Shown here: in pieces, positions 28,348 through 37,576 of the stretch
Numbering within the stretch: position 1 is the first letter of the stretch
Layout of the letters: every line of letters begins with the position of its first letter
Source of the DNA: an uncultured Gemmatimonadota bacterium
Lineage (GTDB): Bacteria > JAAXHH01
Direction: 5' to 3'
NCBI GenBank assembly: GCA_951812955.1
Contig: OX638340.1
Location: 2,752,001-2,816,000, forward strand
DNA length: 64,000 nt
The notes under the pieces: model-generated
What the model was told of the DNA's origin: nothing
The model's database searches: none
Seen by the model: only the letters and a program-made list of their open reading frames with translations
Translations under genes and position numbers: made by a program

Positions 28348-28854
28348 TCAGCCGGAATGCGTCCCGATCCCAAGGCTGGCGAGCAACCCGTCGAAATTCG
28401 TCACGATCCCGTGTATTTCGCCCATGACCTCCGCGGCGGATGTCCGTACGCGATCCGCCGTCCGCCGGTCGATCAGTCCCTTGTCGCAGGCCTGGCGCAG
28501 TTCATCTTCGTCCAGTATCCGGCTGTCGCCGTCCGGGAAGAACCACAGGTCCAGCAACTGGTCGTCGTATTCCACGCGGTCAGGTCCGATTCTGACCCGG
28601 TCGCAGAGGTGGACGTAGTGCCCCGCGAGGTTCCCGTCCGGCCCGATCATCTTCCAGAGTACGTAGGGAAGCCCTTCCTCGTAGTAGGCCAGGGTCAGCG
28701 TGCCGGAAGGTATCCGGATGTCCCTGTGGCGGTACGCCCGGTCGGAACGGTAGGAAATGACCATGCGGTTGCCGCCGTGGTGGAGCAGGTCGCACGGGAA
28801 GGACTGGTCGGGCTTGCCGAGGTTGTGCTTGATCTCCGTAACGGTGGCGGTCAT
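28348..28854 (-). CDS. DUF402 (FomD/YgaC-like) domain protein
   Basis: About 170 aa. Acidic cluster DLWFFPDGDSRILDEDEL resembles DUF402 nucleotide-phosphatase-like proteins. Assignment is tentative. Confidence 0.45.
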   Translation of the reverse strand: MTATVTEIKHNLGKPDQSFPCDLLHHGGNRMVISYRSDRAYRHRDIRIPSGTLTLAYYEEGLPYVLWKMIGPDGNLAGHYVHLCDRVRIGPDRVEYDDQLLDLWFFPDGDSRILDEDELRQACDKGLIDRRTADRVRTSAAEVMGEIHGIVTNFDGLLASLGIGTHSG

Positions 28855-28861
28855 GGAGGGA

Positions 28862-29389
28862 TTACGCGATCCGTTCAAGGACTTCCCGCATTTCCTTCAC
28901 GAGGGGGCCGTTTCCGTTCTGCCTGTACCAGGTGCGGATGCGGGGGTAGATTTCTTCCATGGGGATCTTGCCCTTGTTGTCCCGCATGATCGCCTGGCAC
29001 TCCTCCGGCCGCGGTCCCCAGCGGGCCAGTTCGTTCAGGCCGTCGTCCATGAAGATGAGATAGGGAATGGCCCGCGAACCGTCGGTGAGGTACCTGTCCA
29101 TGATATCGAGGTTCTCGTCCCTGCGGAAGATCCTGTACGCGATGGAGGGACTGCGCTCCAGCAAGCGGATGATGGGCGGGAGGCTCTGTACCACGTCGCC
29201 GCACCAGTCCTCCCCGAGGATGAGCACCTTCAGGGGCGTGGCAAAGCCGGCAAAGAAACCCGCATCCTCCGGATCCAGCGACATCTCCCGGTAATTCTCG
29301 TTGAATCTCTCGAGATTCTTCTCGCTGTTCCGCATGTAGTCTTCCCAGCTGAATCCCGCGGCGAATCGATCGTCGGAAACTACGGACAT
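28862..29389 (-). CDS. Thioredoxin-like fold protein (single-Cys WCGDV motif)
   Basis: LILGEDWCGDVVQSLP in a thioredoxin-like context; 175 aa. Confidence 0.5.
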   Translation of the reverse strand: MSVVSDDRFAAGFSWEDYMRNSEKNLERFNENYREMSLDPEDAGFFAGFATPLKVLILGEDWCGDVVQSLPPIIRLLERSPSIAYRIFRRDENLDIMDRYLTDGSRAIPYLIFMDDGLNELARWGPRPEECQAIMRDNKGKIPMEEIYPRIRTWYRQNGNGPLVKEMREVLERIA

Positions 29390-29438
29390 GGCAACTCCAG
29401 GCTGTTTACAGGTTGAAATGAAGCGGGGTGCATATACA

Positions 29439-30005
29439 TCAAATGAACCACTCGGTGCGTTCCGAGGCGGGTACTCTTTTCTGCGCGGGGACCTGCGAAG
29501 GATAGCCGGTGTAGAGGAAACCGATGATTTCTTCCACCTGGGGATCGATATTCAGTAGCCTCAGTGTATCGGGATCCCGTATCAGCCCTCCCGTGCTCCA
29601 CTGCATGCCGATGCCTTCCTCCCAGGCGGCCAGCGAGATGTTATGGATCGCGCAGCAGGTGGCGGCGTAATCCTCCCGCGCCCGGAAGTCGTCCTCGTCC
29701 TTCTTGCAGACCACGCCGATGACGACAGGCTTGGACATGATCTTGGCATACCCCTTCTCGGTGGCCTTACGCAGTATGCCGGTATCGTCCGACTTGGTTT
29801 TCTTCCGCTGGATCTTGCAGTAAATTTCTGCCAGGTACTCCTTGGTTTTCCCCGTGACGACCAGGAAGCGCCAGGGTTCCGTCAACTTGTGGTTCGGCGC
29901 CCACACGGCCGTTTCAAGTACCCGGGCGATCGCCTCGCGGGGGACCGGTTCGGACTTGAACTCGTATATAGACCTTCTGTTGCGGATTGTGTCGAATACG
30001 GTCAT
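29439..30005 (-). CDS. Nitroreductase family protein
   Basis: RRSIYEFKSEPVPREAIARVLETAVWAPNHKLTEPWRF is a classic nitroreductase N-terminus; 188 aa. Confidence 0.85.
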   Translation of the reverse strand: MTVFDTIRNRRSIYEFKSEPVPREAIARVLETAVWAPNHKLTEPWRFLVVTGKTKEYLAEIYCKIQRKKTKSDDTGILRKATEKGYAKIMSKPVVIGVVCKKDEDDFRAREDYAATCCAIHNISLAAWEEGIGMQWSTGGLIRDPDTLRLLNIDPQVEEIIGFLYTGYPSQVPAQKRVPASERTEWFI

Positions 30006-30026
30006 TTGGTTCCCGGTCCATTGAAG

Positions 30027-30224
30027 CTACTTCGGGACCGAATCCTCCACCTGGATCGACTCCACCTGGATCAGATCGCCTTCTTGCTGCGCGCCGGAGC
30101 CGCCGTGGGCGCAACTCGAGCATCCTTTCCTGCCCCGGGACGTGAACTGCCGCGTGAAGGTGCGGACGACAAAGGCAGCCGCGAGTCCAACGGTTATGGC
30201 GACGATCAGGGTTTGAAGATCCAT
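30027..30224 (-). CDS. FeoB-associated Cys-rich membrane protein
   Basis: 65 aa: one TM helix (LIVAITVGLAAAFVV) followed by GCSSCAHGG. Lies immediately downstream of feoB. Confidence 0.7.
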   Translation of the reverse strand: MDLQTLIVAITVGLAAAFVVRTFTRQFTSRGRKGCSSCAHGGSGAQQEGDLIQVESIQVEDSVPK

Positions 30225-30303
30225 GATTATAAGATAACGGGGAAATGGTTATATGCCAAATGGTCCAGGGGCGGGTTACCCGTGCCCAATGGTCCAAGGT
30301 GGG

Positions 30304-32592
30304 TTACCCGTACCCCAGGAGACGTCCCCCCTGGTAGACAATAAAGGACCCCACATAGGCCAGGGCCGTCATGTACAGGACCATGACGATGGGCCATTTC
30401 CAGCCTTTGGTCTCTCGCTTCACGATGGCGACCGTGGCCATGCACTGGCAGGCCAGGGCGAAGAAGACCATGAGGGCGACCGCGACCAGCGGCGTGTAAA
30501 CCCGTTCGCCCGTTTCCGGGTCCACCTCGTTCTGCAGGGCCGACCTGAGATCGACCGAAGTCTCGTCGGCCTCCTCCACGTTGTAGATCGTGGCCATGGT
30601 GCTGACCAGCACTTCCCGGGCCACGAAGGAAGTGATCAGCCCGATGCCCACCTTCCAGTCGAACCCCAGGGGTTCGATGGCCGGTTCGATGAGTTGACCG
30701 AGCTGGCCGGCGTAACTCTGTTGTATGCGCGACCTGGACGACATGGAGTCGAAGTCGTCGGGTTGTGGGTAGGAGGCGAGGAACCAGAGGACGACCGATA
30801 TGGCGAGTATGATCTGGCCTGCTTCCGTCACGAAGACCTTCGCCCGTTCGAACATCTGCAGCAGAACCCACTTGAGAGAGGGACGCCGGTAGGGCGGCAG
30901 TTCCATGACGAAACTGGTGGAAACGGCATCCTTCATAAAAAACCGCTTGAACACCAGCGCGGCGCCGATGGCGACGACGATCCCGAATATATACATGGCG
31001 AACAGCATGAGCCCCTGGAGCGTAAACACGCCTAAGATCGTCATGGATGGGAAGAACGCGCCGATCAGCAGGATATACACGGGCAGGCGGGCGCTGCAGC
31101 TCATCAGCGGCGCGATCATGATCGTGATGAGGCGGTCCTTCCAGTTCGAGATCGTCCGGGTCGCCATGATGCCCGGTATCGCGCAGGCGAAGGACGAAAG
31201 CAGCGGCATGACCGAATGGCCGGACAGTCCCATGCTCTTCATGAAACGGTCCATGAGAAATGCGACACGGGCCATGTAGCCCGTGTCTTCGAGCAGGGCC
31301 AGGAAGAAGAATAGAAAGAGAATCTGGGGAAGAAAGACCAGCACGGCGCCGACACCCGCTATGACGCCGTCCACGAGCAGGTTACGCAGCAGGCCTTCAG
31401 GCAGGAATTGGTAGACAAAGGCGCCCAGGGCGCCGATCCCGTCCTCGATCAACGCCATGGGCGCTTCGGCCCAGGAAAAAACAGACTGGAAGACCAGCGC
31501 GAACACCATCAGCACGATGGCGGGGCCGGCGGCACGGTGGGTGAACACCCGGTCCAGCCGGACGCTCAGGCTGGCCTGGGCGTTTCGTTCTTCCCGAACG
31601 ACCTTCGAATACAGTTCGTCGATCTGGTCATACCGGAGTATGGTCTCCAGCATCCGCCAGGGCACCTGCATCTCGTCCAGCCTGCCCCGCGTCTGCTCCA
31701 CGATGCGTTTCAGGTCTTCCTTGCAGGAGGGATCCTGGCGGCCTTCCATCCACGTCTGAAGCGCCTGGTCGCTTGAAGTCACGCGCAGCGCTTCCGAAGT
31801 CTGCGCCACTTCGTTCAGGTTCGTATGTTCTGCAAACCAGGCCGCCGCCGGGGAGAGCGCTTCGTCGAGCAGGCCGCCCAGCAGGCGCCGCCTCGGAAAC
31901 CGTTCGGCGAAGGAGACGTTGGCCCTGCCTGATTCCGAACCGGTTGGCGCCGGTCCGGCATCCATCGGTGATCCGGGCGTGGTTTCTTCCGGCGATCCGG
32001 ATAAACCGGGCGTGGCTTCTACCGGCGATCCGGATGATCGCGTATTCGACCCCACCTGGTCGAACATCATCTGGCGCAGTTCGTCGATTCCCTGCTGCCG
32101 GGAGGCGATTACGGGGACGATCGGGACCTTAAGTTGATCGGAGAGCGCGTCCAGGTCGATGTGGACGCCGCTGCTGACGGCGTTGTCCATCATGTTCATG
32201 GCCACGGCGACGGGGATTCCGAGGTCGATGAGCTGAGTGACCAGGTAGAGGTTACGGTTGAGATTCGAGGCGTCCGCCACGACCACGATGAGCCGGACGT
32301 CCAGGTCCTCGTCCGCTTCTCCGATCAGCACCTCCCGGGCGATGGAATCGTCGAGGGACTTCGGGGTAAGGCTGTACATTCCCGGCATGTCGTGCAGACG
32401 TAGCGAGCCGCCGTCAGGACCCGTTACGATGCCCGTCTTCTTTTCCACGGTCACGCCGGGATAGTTGCCGGTTTTCTGGCGGAGTCCGGTCAGTGAATTG
32501 AACACGGACGTCTTGCCGGTATTCGGATTACCGACAAGGAGCACGTCGATGACGGATTCACGGGCTGCGAATGTATCGGTTGTTTCGGCCAT
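30304..32592 (-). CDS. feoB: Ferrous iron transporter FeoB
   Basis: G-domain VLLVGNPNTGKTSVFNSLTG and a large polytopic membrane domain. ORF extends to 32787, but the conserved start is MAETTD at 32592. Contains a low-complexity insert (SSGSPVEATPGLSGSPEETTPGSP). Confidence 0.9.
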   Translation of the reverse strand: MAETTDTFAARESVIDVLLVGNPNTGKTSVFNSLTGLRQKTGNYPGVTVEKKTGIVTGPDGGSLRLHDMPGMYSLTPKSLDDSIAREVLIGEADEDLDVRLIVVVADASNLNRNLYLVTQLIDLGIPVAVAMNMMDNAVSSGVHIDLDALSDQLKVPIVPVIASRQQGIDELRQMMFDQVGSNTRSSGSPVEATPGLSGSPEETTPGSPMDAGPAPTGSESGRANVSFAERFPRRRLLGGLLDEALSPAAAWFAEHTNLNEVAQTSEALRVTSSDQALQTWMEGRQDPSCKEDLKRIVEQTRGRLDEMQVPWRMLETILRYDQIDELYSKVVREERNAQASLSVRLDRVFTHRAAGPAIVLMVFALVFQSVFSWAEAPMALIEDGIGALGAFVYQFLPEGLLRNLLVDGVIAGVGAVLVFLPQILFLFFFLALLEDTGYMARVAFLMDRFMKSMGLSGHSVMPLLSSFACAIPGIMATRTISNWKDRLITIMIAPLMSCSARLPVYILLIGAFFPSMTILGVFTLQGLMLFAMYIFGIVVAIGAALVFKRFFMKDAVSTSFVMELPPYRRPSLKWVLLQMFERAKVFVTEAGQIILAISVVLWFLASYPQPDDFDSMSSRSRIQQSYAGQLGQLIEPAIEPLGFDWKVGIGLITSFVAREVLVSTMATIYNVEEADETSVDLRSALQNEVDPETGERVYTPLVAVALMVFFALACQCMATVAIVKRETKGWKWPIVMVLYMTALAYVGSFIVYQGGRLLGYG
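31964..32050. repeat. Short imperfect tandem repeat (about 33-36 bp x about 2.5) inside feoB
   Basis: Repeated cggcgatccgg...ccgggcgtgg(t/c)ttct(t/a)c units, read from the sequence. Encodes a Ser/Gly/Pro/Thr/Glu-rich insert. Confidence 0.5.
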
Positions 32593-32807
32593 GGCCAGGG
32601 TTTGGATCAGAATGGAACGGTGTCGCGATCGGATGTGGAAACCCGATGCGTCCGGATCGGACCAATATAACGCGGTACAATCAAAAAGGGAACAAAAAGC
32701 AGTCCAGGAGCTCGCGAAACTCACCCGTCGATAAGGCGATATTGGTACGCCGGTAAATAACATGGACGTGGCCGGACTGGCAGGCAAATACCCGTGTCTG
32801 ATTGTCT

Positions 32808-34067
32808 TTATCCTGGGCGAGCAAGGTGTGGCTCTTCATCGAATGCTCCCGTTGTATCGAATTCCTCCGTCGAATCAAATTCTTCTGTCGTATCGAATAC
32901 CCTCGTTGGATACCGGGTTTCCTGCTCCTCCTGGCGTCGAGAGGCTTTGAATCTCCGAAATCGTCTCCATGCCAGGGAAAGACCGGTCCATACCAGGACC
33001 ACGGCGCCGGCTGACGCCACGCCCGCGATGAGCTGACCGAACCATCCGGCCGCTTCGCCCGTGTGTATCCAGCGCAGCCAGGTGCGGATCTGCCGTCCCA
33101 TGTTCAAGCTGGTGAAGGGTATCCATTCGACCACCCCTGCATCGCTCGTGGATACGGTGAGCGTCGATCGAGTCAGCGGAATGCGGTTGTCCATTTCAGA
33201 AACGGTCAGCGTGGTGGTTTCCGCGCCTTCTTTCGGCAGGTTCAGCGTGATGTACGCCCATTCCGGTACCTGCCTGCGCGCCGCGTCCAGAAAAGATTCG
33301 GAGGGAGCGACCGGCAACGGCGTGGTTTCATCCCCGGGCGTTGCCGGTTCAGACGCGGTTTGCGCTGCCCGTTGGGGCGGTTCCGTACCCGTAAGCGTGT
33401 AGACCAGGTCGCCCGCCCAACGATAGGAAATGACGACCCCGCTCAGCGAGATCAGGAAGAGGGCGGGAAGACACCAGAATCCGAAGGAATTGTGCCAGTT
33501 GAAATCCCGGTTTTTCCCCTTGATTTTGAAGTTCGGTACGAAGACTGCCTTGAACGCCGCCCATGTCCACCGGCGGGGCCACCAGATGTACAGACCCGTG
33601 ATGGTCAACAGGCAGAACGCCAGGTTGCAGGCACCCGTAACCGCGCGGGCGACCGCCCGGTTTTCGCCTTCCGCGCCGAACCAGCGGTGCCAGTACATGA
33701 TCTCCCGGAGGAAATCGCGGACGGCAATGTTTCCTTCGCCCCGAACATCCCCGGTATAGGGATCGACGAAGACGGTTTTCGCGCGGCCGTACCGCACGAC
33801 GTACGCCTCGGCCGGATCCGGACGTATGGTAACGGAGGCTGGCTCCGCTTCGGGATCGGCGTTCCGGACCGACGTGAGCACTGCGTCCATATCCATCCGC
33901 GCGGCGCCGGGATGGGGAGGATGGACCGTGGCGTAATTCCGGTTGGCGTAATCGACGATCTGACTCTGGAATGTGAGCAGCACGCCGGTTACCGACATGA
34001 ACAGGATGACGACGCCGGTGACGACGCCCGACGAGAGGTGGATCCAGAAGATGGTTTTTCGAATCAT
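32808..34067 (-). CDS. PepSY-associated TM helix domain protein (PiuB-like)
   Basis: MIRKTIFWIHLSSGVVTGVVILFMSVTGVLLTF typical N-terminus; 4 TM helices with periplasmic loops; 419 aa. Confidence 0.75.
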   Translation of the reverse strand: MIRKTIFWIHLSSGVVTGVVILFMSVTGVLLTFQSQIVDYANRNYATVHPPHPGAARMDMDAVLTSVRNADPEAEPASVTIRPDPAEAYVVRYGRAKTVFVDPYTGDVRGEGNIAVRDFLREIMYWHRWFGAEGENRAVARAVTGACNLAFCLLTITGLYIWWPRRWTWAAFKAVFVPNFKIKGKNRDFNWHNSFGFWCLPALFLISLSGVVISYRWAGDLVYTLTGTEPPQRAAQTASEPATPGDETTPLPVAPSESFLDAARRQVPEWAYITLNLPKEGAETTTLTVSEMDNRIPLTRSTLTVSTSDAGVVEWIPFTSLNMGRQIRTWLRWIHTGEAAGWFGQLIAGVASAGAVVLVWTGLSLAWRRFRRFKASRRQEEQETRYPTRVFDTTEEFDSTEEFDTTGAFDEEPHLARPG

Positions 34068-34237
34068 AATGCCCCGCGGTTATTCGATGGAATTGACACC
34101 GAGAACCAGGGGGCTTATATTCAAATACAGGCCGGGACCGGATTGTACTCGCCAAACGTACGTATCCCCCTGGTCCAGGGACTATCGGGGAGAGCCGGCC
34201 AGCCGAACCGATAGTCCTTTTTTTATTACCCTTCAGT

Positions 34238-34501
34238 TCAGATTCTTTCCACCAAAACCGAACGAGCCTCCGCGCATCGAATAGACAGGTGATAGTTCCG
34301 TACGCGTATCTCGATAGGGTCACCCATCGGTGCACGCTTGATCAATTCTACGGTCGTGCCCGGAAGCAGCCCCAGTTCCATCAGGTGCACTTCTTCCCCC
34401 GCCGTGCCCTTGATCTGCCTGATCGTTCCTTTTTCGCCAGGCTTCAGTTCATCCAGGCGAATCGTCTGCGCCGTTGTACTGGTAAAGAGTTCGGAGTGCA
34501 T
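34238..34501 (-). CDS. feoA: FeoA family protein
   Basis: 87 aa; SH3-like FeoA motif (LDELKPGEKGTIRQIKG...LGLLPGTTVELI). Confidence 0.8.
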   Translation of the reverse strand: MHSELFTSTTAQTIRLDELKPGEKGTIRQIKGTAGEEVHLMELGLLPGTTVELIKRAPMGDPIEIRVRNYHLSIRCAEARSVLVERI

Positions 34502-34671
34502 GGGTTATCTCGTGTCAGAGGGTCCTATGCCGGTACTAGCTACGGAACTGAAAGGTGTTATCCGAATAGGCAGGATCTCCTGTCGGTGGAATCGATCCGT
34601 TATAGTATGAATTTGACCTGACACGACGGTCTCCTTAAAACCCGCCGCCGGTCTACCGAATACCTCGTTCC

Positions 34672-35202
34672 TCACGCAGACTCCGATCGGATTACCAGGC
34701 ATTCACCCACTTCCTCGCATACCGCGCAGGAATCGAAATCGCAGATTGACAGCACGTTGGCGTCCCAGTAGGACTTGAGGAACGCCTTGCCGTGGGGGTC
34801 GTCCGAAAGGAGGAACTGCAGGAAGAGCAGTAACCGTTCCCCCGTCTTCGTACTGATCAGGTGCTCGATCTTGCACGCGTCGATTTCCGCCTGATCCGCG
34901 TCGATATGCAGGACGCCCTTGAGAAAGGCGATGAGGATCTGCCGGTGCGACCAGACCGACTGCGCCAGCCGGTTTCCCTCTTCCGACAGCAGGAGAAACC
35001 GGTTCCGGTCTTCCTCGAGATATCCCTTCTCCCGGAGCGACTTGATCATGATCGACGCGCTGCCGGGCGTGATGTGCATTTCCCGGGCGACATCCGACAC
35101 GCGGGCGTATCCCTGGTCCTCGATCAACTGCTGGACCGTCATCAGGTAGTGCGCGCCGCTGTGCGTGATCTCGTTGTGCTCGAATTCTCTCCAGACATCC
35201 AT
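34672..35202 (-). CDS. DtxR/MntR family metal-dependent transcriptional regulator with Cys-rich C-terminal tail
   Basis: HTH SGAHYLMTVQQLIEDQGYARVSDVAREMHITPGSASIMIKSL and dimerisation/metal-site region (HRQILIAFL...DACKIEH). C-terminal tail ICDFDSCAVCEEVGEC. ORF runs to 35247; start chosen at the internal Met. Confidence 0.75.
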   Translation of the reverse strand: MDVWREFEHNEITHSGAHYLMTVQQLIEDQGYARVSDVAREMHITPGSASIMIKSLREKGYLEEDRNRFLLLSEEGNRLAQSVWSHRQILIAFLKGVLHIDADQAEIDACKIEHLISTKTGERLLLFLQFLLSDDPHGKAFLKSYWDANVLSICDFDSCAVCEEVGECLVIRSESA

Positions 35203-35355
35203 AATCCTGTTCGATTCGTTATGGCAACCATCGTGTTGCCGTCGCATAGAAATGTTTGGCTACTCAAATATGACTTTGCATTATATAACCTTCCGTTGGG
35301 GTGTCAAGAAAAAAGAAGGCGAGCAGTGTTTTTTTCGCAATGACAAGTTTTGTAC

Positions 35356-35384
35356 TTGACGGGCGGACCGGGCCATGGTATATT
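35356..35384 (+). promoter_or_regulatory. Sigma70-like promoter candidate (TTGACG-N17-TATATT)
   Basis: Near-consensus -35/-10 hexamers with 17-nt spacing, 47 bp upstream of the transposase ATG, in an AT-richer patch. Confidence 0.35.
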
Positions 35385-35431
35385 GAGGGTAGATAAGGAC
35401 AACAAACCATTTACCCTGTTGGAGTTATACC

Positions 35432-36307
35432 ATGAACTTGCACGAAGTGTTTACCCGATTCCCCGATCAGAAAGCCTGTATCGACCACCTGGAAGCGATC
35501 CGTTTTGCAAACGGCGCATATTGCCCGTTGTGCGGGAGCATGGAGAACGTCCGCCGGTCCAACCTGAAAAGCCGTGTCGGACGCTGGAACTGCCATGACT
35601 GCAAATCCTCGTTTAACGTCCTATCCGGTACGCCGTTATCCGGTACGCATATCCCGTTGCCCCGATGGTTCGCGGTCATGGCCCTGATGGTCAATGCCAA
35701 GAAGTCGCTGTCGAGCCACCAGTTGGCGCGGGATCTCGGATTGACCCAGCCTACGGCCCTGTACATGCAGGAACGCCTACGGGCGGTTATGGCATCCGAT
35801 CAAGCCGGTATGCTGGCCGGCATCATCGAAGCGGACGAAACCTACGTGGGCGGACGCCCGCGCAAGCAGAACAAGCGCGACGATTCCCCGACCGGCGGAC
35901 AGGGTAAATCGGACAAGACCCCGGTAATCGGCGCAGTCGAACGAGATGGCAAGGTCGTGGCGAAGATCGCCGATGACATGACCGGCAAGGGCGTGCTGAA
36001 CTTCATCCAGACCGCCGTAAGTCCGGCGGCTCAGATACTGGTTACCGATGAGAACAAGGCATATCGGGCGGTACGCGGCATGATGGCGCACAGCGTGATC
36101 AATCACCGTTACGAGTACGTCAACGGGCCGGTACACACGAACACGATTGAAGGGTTTTGGAGCCTGTTAAAACGGGCGTGGTACGGCAGTCATCACAAGT
36201 ACACGGTCGGACGTATGCCGTTGTTTATCGCGGAAGCGGCTTGGAAGTACAACCACCGGAAAGACGGATGCGCGTGGGACAGTTTCACGCGTGCATTGTT
36301 CGCGTAG
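35432..36307 (+). mobile_element. IS1595-family transposase gene (IS ends not defined)
   Basis: 291 aa. N-terminal zinc-finger (CPLCGS...CHDCKS) and DDE region (ADETYVGG...DENKAY...NTIEGFWSLLKR) typical of the IS1595/ISXO2-like family. Local GC drop. Confidence 0.8.
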
Positions 36308-36325
36308 ACAGGAACTCGTTTTCGC

Positions 36326-37576
36326 TTAGACGGGCGATAAGATACTCCATAGGCCGGTCGCCCTTGATCTTGTTGCAATGACCACATAGCAGTTGCAGGT
36401 TGCCGATATGACCCCCCCCCCCTTCGACTGTGGCACGACATGATCGACCTCGAAATGCCGGTAATCGAACGAGTATTTACACCCGTTGCATTGCCCCTCT
36501 TGCTCTCCGAACAGGATATGCTTCGTCTCCCTGTTCTTGTACATCACGTCCAGCACGCCCTCTTGCTTCGGTATATCCTTCCGGTGGATGATATCCCCGA
36601 ACAGCCCGTGATGATCCCGTAGACGATGCTCCACGAGTTCCACGGCCTTCTCCGACAGGTCGATCCCCGCCCATTGCCTCAAGTGCGTTTCAGCCGAAAC
36701 ACACGCGGTAGCGCATCCACAGAACGGATCCAAGACCACGTCGCCCTCGTTGCTGGATGCAAGGATGATGCGTTCCAACAACGCAAGGGGCTTCTGGGTT
36801 TTGAACCCCGTATATTCCTTACCTCTGAGGAAGGGTATATGCGTAATCCAATCTTCAGGAAACTTGCCATTTGGGTTTAGTTCGCAAATCCCTGAAGATG
36901 GTCTCCCAGAACCCAAAGACGATTTAGCGTAGCCCGACCGATTTCGGGATGATTCAGCGTATGGAAGACGTATCGGATCGACGTTGAACGTCCACTGGTC
37001 GGTCTTAGCGTAGAAAAGTATAGTATCGTGCGCCCTCGACAATTGCCGTTGCCTGTTACCGGCCATTCGAGAATAACACCATACAATCTCGTTTCGGAAG
37101 CCAGACCGCCCGAAAACTACATCCATGAGCGTTTTAAGGTAGTGGCTGGCCGTCGGGTCGCAATGCAGATATATCGACCCCGTAGACTTCAATACGCGGC
37201 GCATCTCGATCAAACGCACGGCCATCATGCACAGATACGATTGTGTGTGTTTCCCATGCGCCAAGCCCGCCGTTTCCACTACTCGATACAATGCCGGTTC
37301 CGTGTCTGCGATCAGTCCCATCCAGGCCACATCCAGGTCGGAGAGGGTCCATGTATCCTTGAACGCGGCCCCGGCCGCCTTGCTGCCGATGGGCGCCGCA
37401 TAGTTCCGGTTCGAGTTGAACGGCGGATCAAGGTATATCAGGTCCACGGATTCGGAGTTCATGCCGCGTAGAATGTGCAGGTTGTCGCCCGTCCATATGG
37501 TACGGTTGACCCAGTTAGGAGCAGCCATAGACGCCCTTTCGACAACGGCCCCGAAGTTCCCCCCGGAGCCGTTCAC
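36326..37576 (-). CDS. Beta-class DNA amino-methyltransferase (N6A or N4C) fused to a C-terminal HNH nuclease domain; HNH frame disrupted at a G11 homopolymer
   Basis: Motif IV DPPF (DLIYLDPPFNSNRNY) precedes motif I (VVLDPFCGCATACV). C-terminal CNGCKYSF...VDHVVPQSKGG starts an HNH motif. The as-read frame then gives VISATCNCYVV. A +1/-2 shift at the homopolymer restores GNLQLLCGHCNKIKG. Confidence 0.75.
   Translation of the reverse strand: MNGSGGNFGAVVERASMAAPNWVNRTIWTGDNLHILRGMNSESVDLIYLDPPFNSNRNYAAPIGSKAAGAAFKDTWTLSDLDVAWMGLIADTEPALYRVVETAGLAHGKHTQSYLCMMAVRLIEMRRVLKSTGSIYLHCDPTASHYLKTLMDVVFGRSGFRNEIVWCYSRMAGNRQRQLSRAHDTILFYAKTDQWTFNVDPIRLPYAESSRNRSGYAKSSLGSGRPSSGICELNPNGKFPEDWITHIPFLRGKEYTGFKTQKPLALLERIILASSNEGDVVLDPFCGCATACVSAETHLRQWAGIDLSEKAVELVEHRLRDHHGLFGDIIHRKDIPKQEGVLDVMYKNRETKHILFGEQEGQCNGCKYSFDYRHFEVDHVVPQSKGGGVISATCNCYVVIATRSRATGLWSILSPV
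36412..36422. repeat. C11 (G11 on coding strand) homopolymer tract inside the HNH-coding region
   Basis: Eleven consecutive C residues counted from the sequence. Confidence 0.9.

Noticed and set aside
33063-34214. 383-aa ORF antisense to the PepSY gene and the feoA-PepSY spacer
   Set aside because: No domain signature and Arg/Gly/Pro-rich. The sense-strand PepSY protein has canonical TM topology.
35359-36336. 8-bp direct repeat gacgggcg at 35359-35366 and 36329-36336 as possible target-site duplication of the IS1595 element
   Set aside because: No convincing terminal inverted repeats were found just inside the two copies. An 8-mer match between two about 150-bp flanks has roughly a one-in-three chance expectation. 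The left copy overlaps the promoter-like -35 box.
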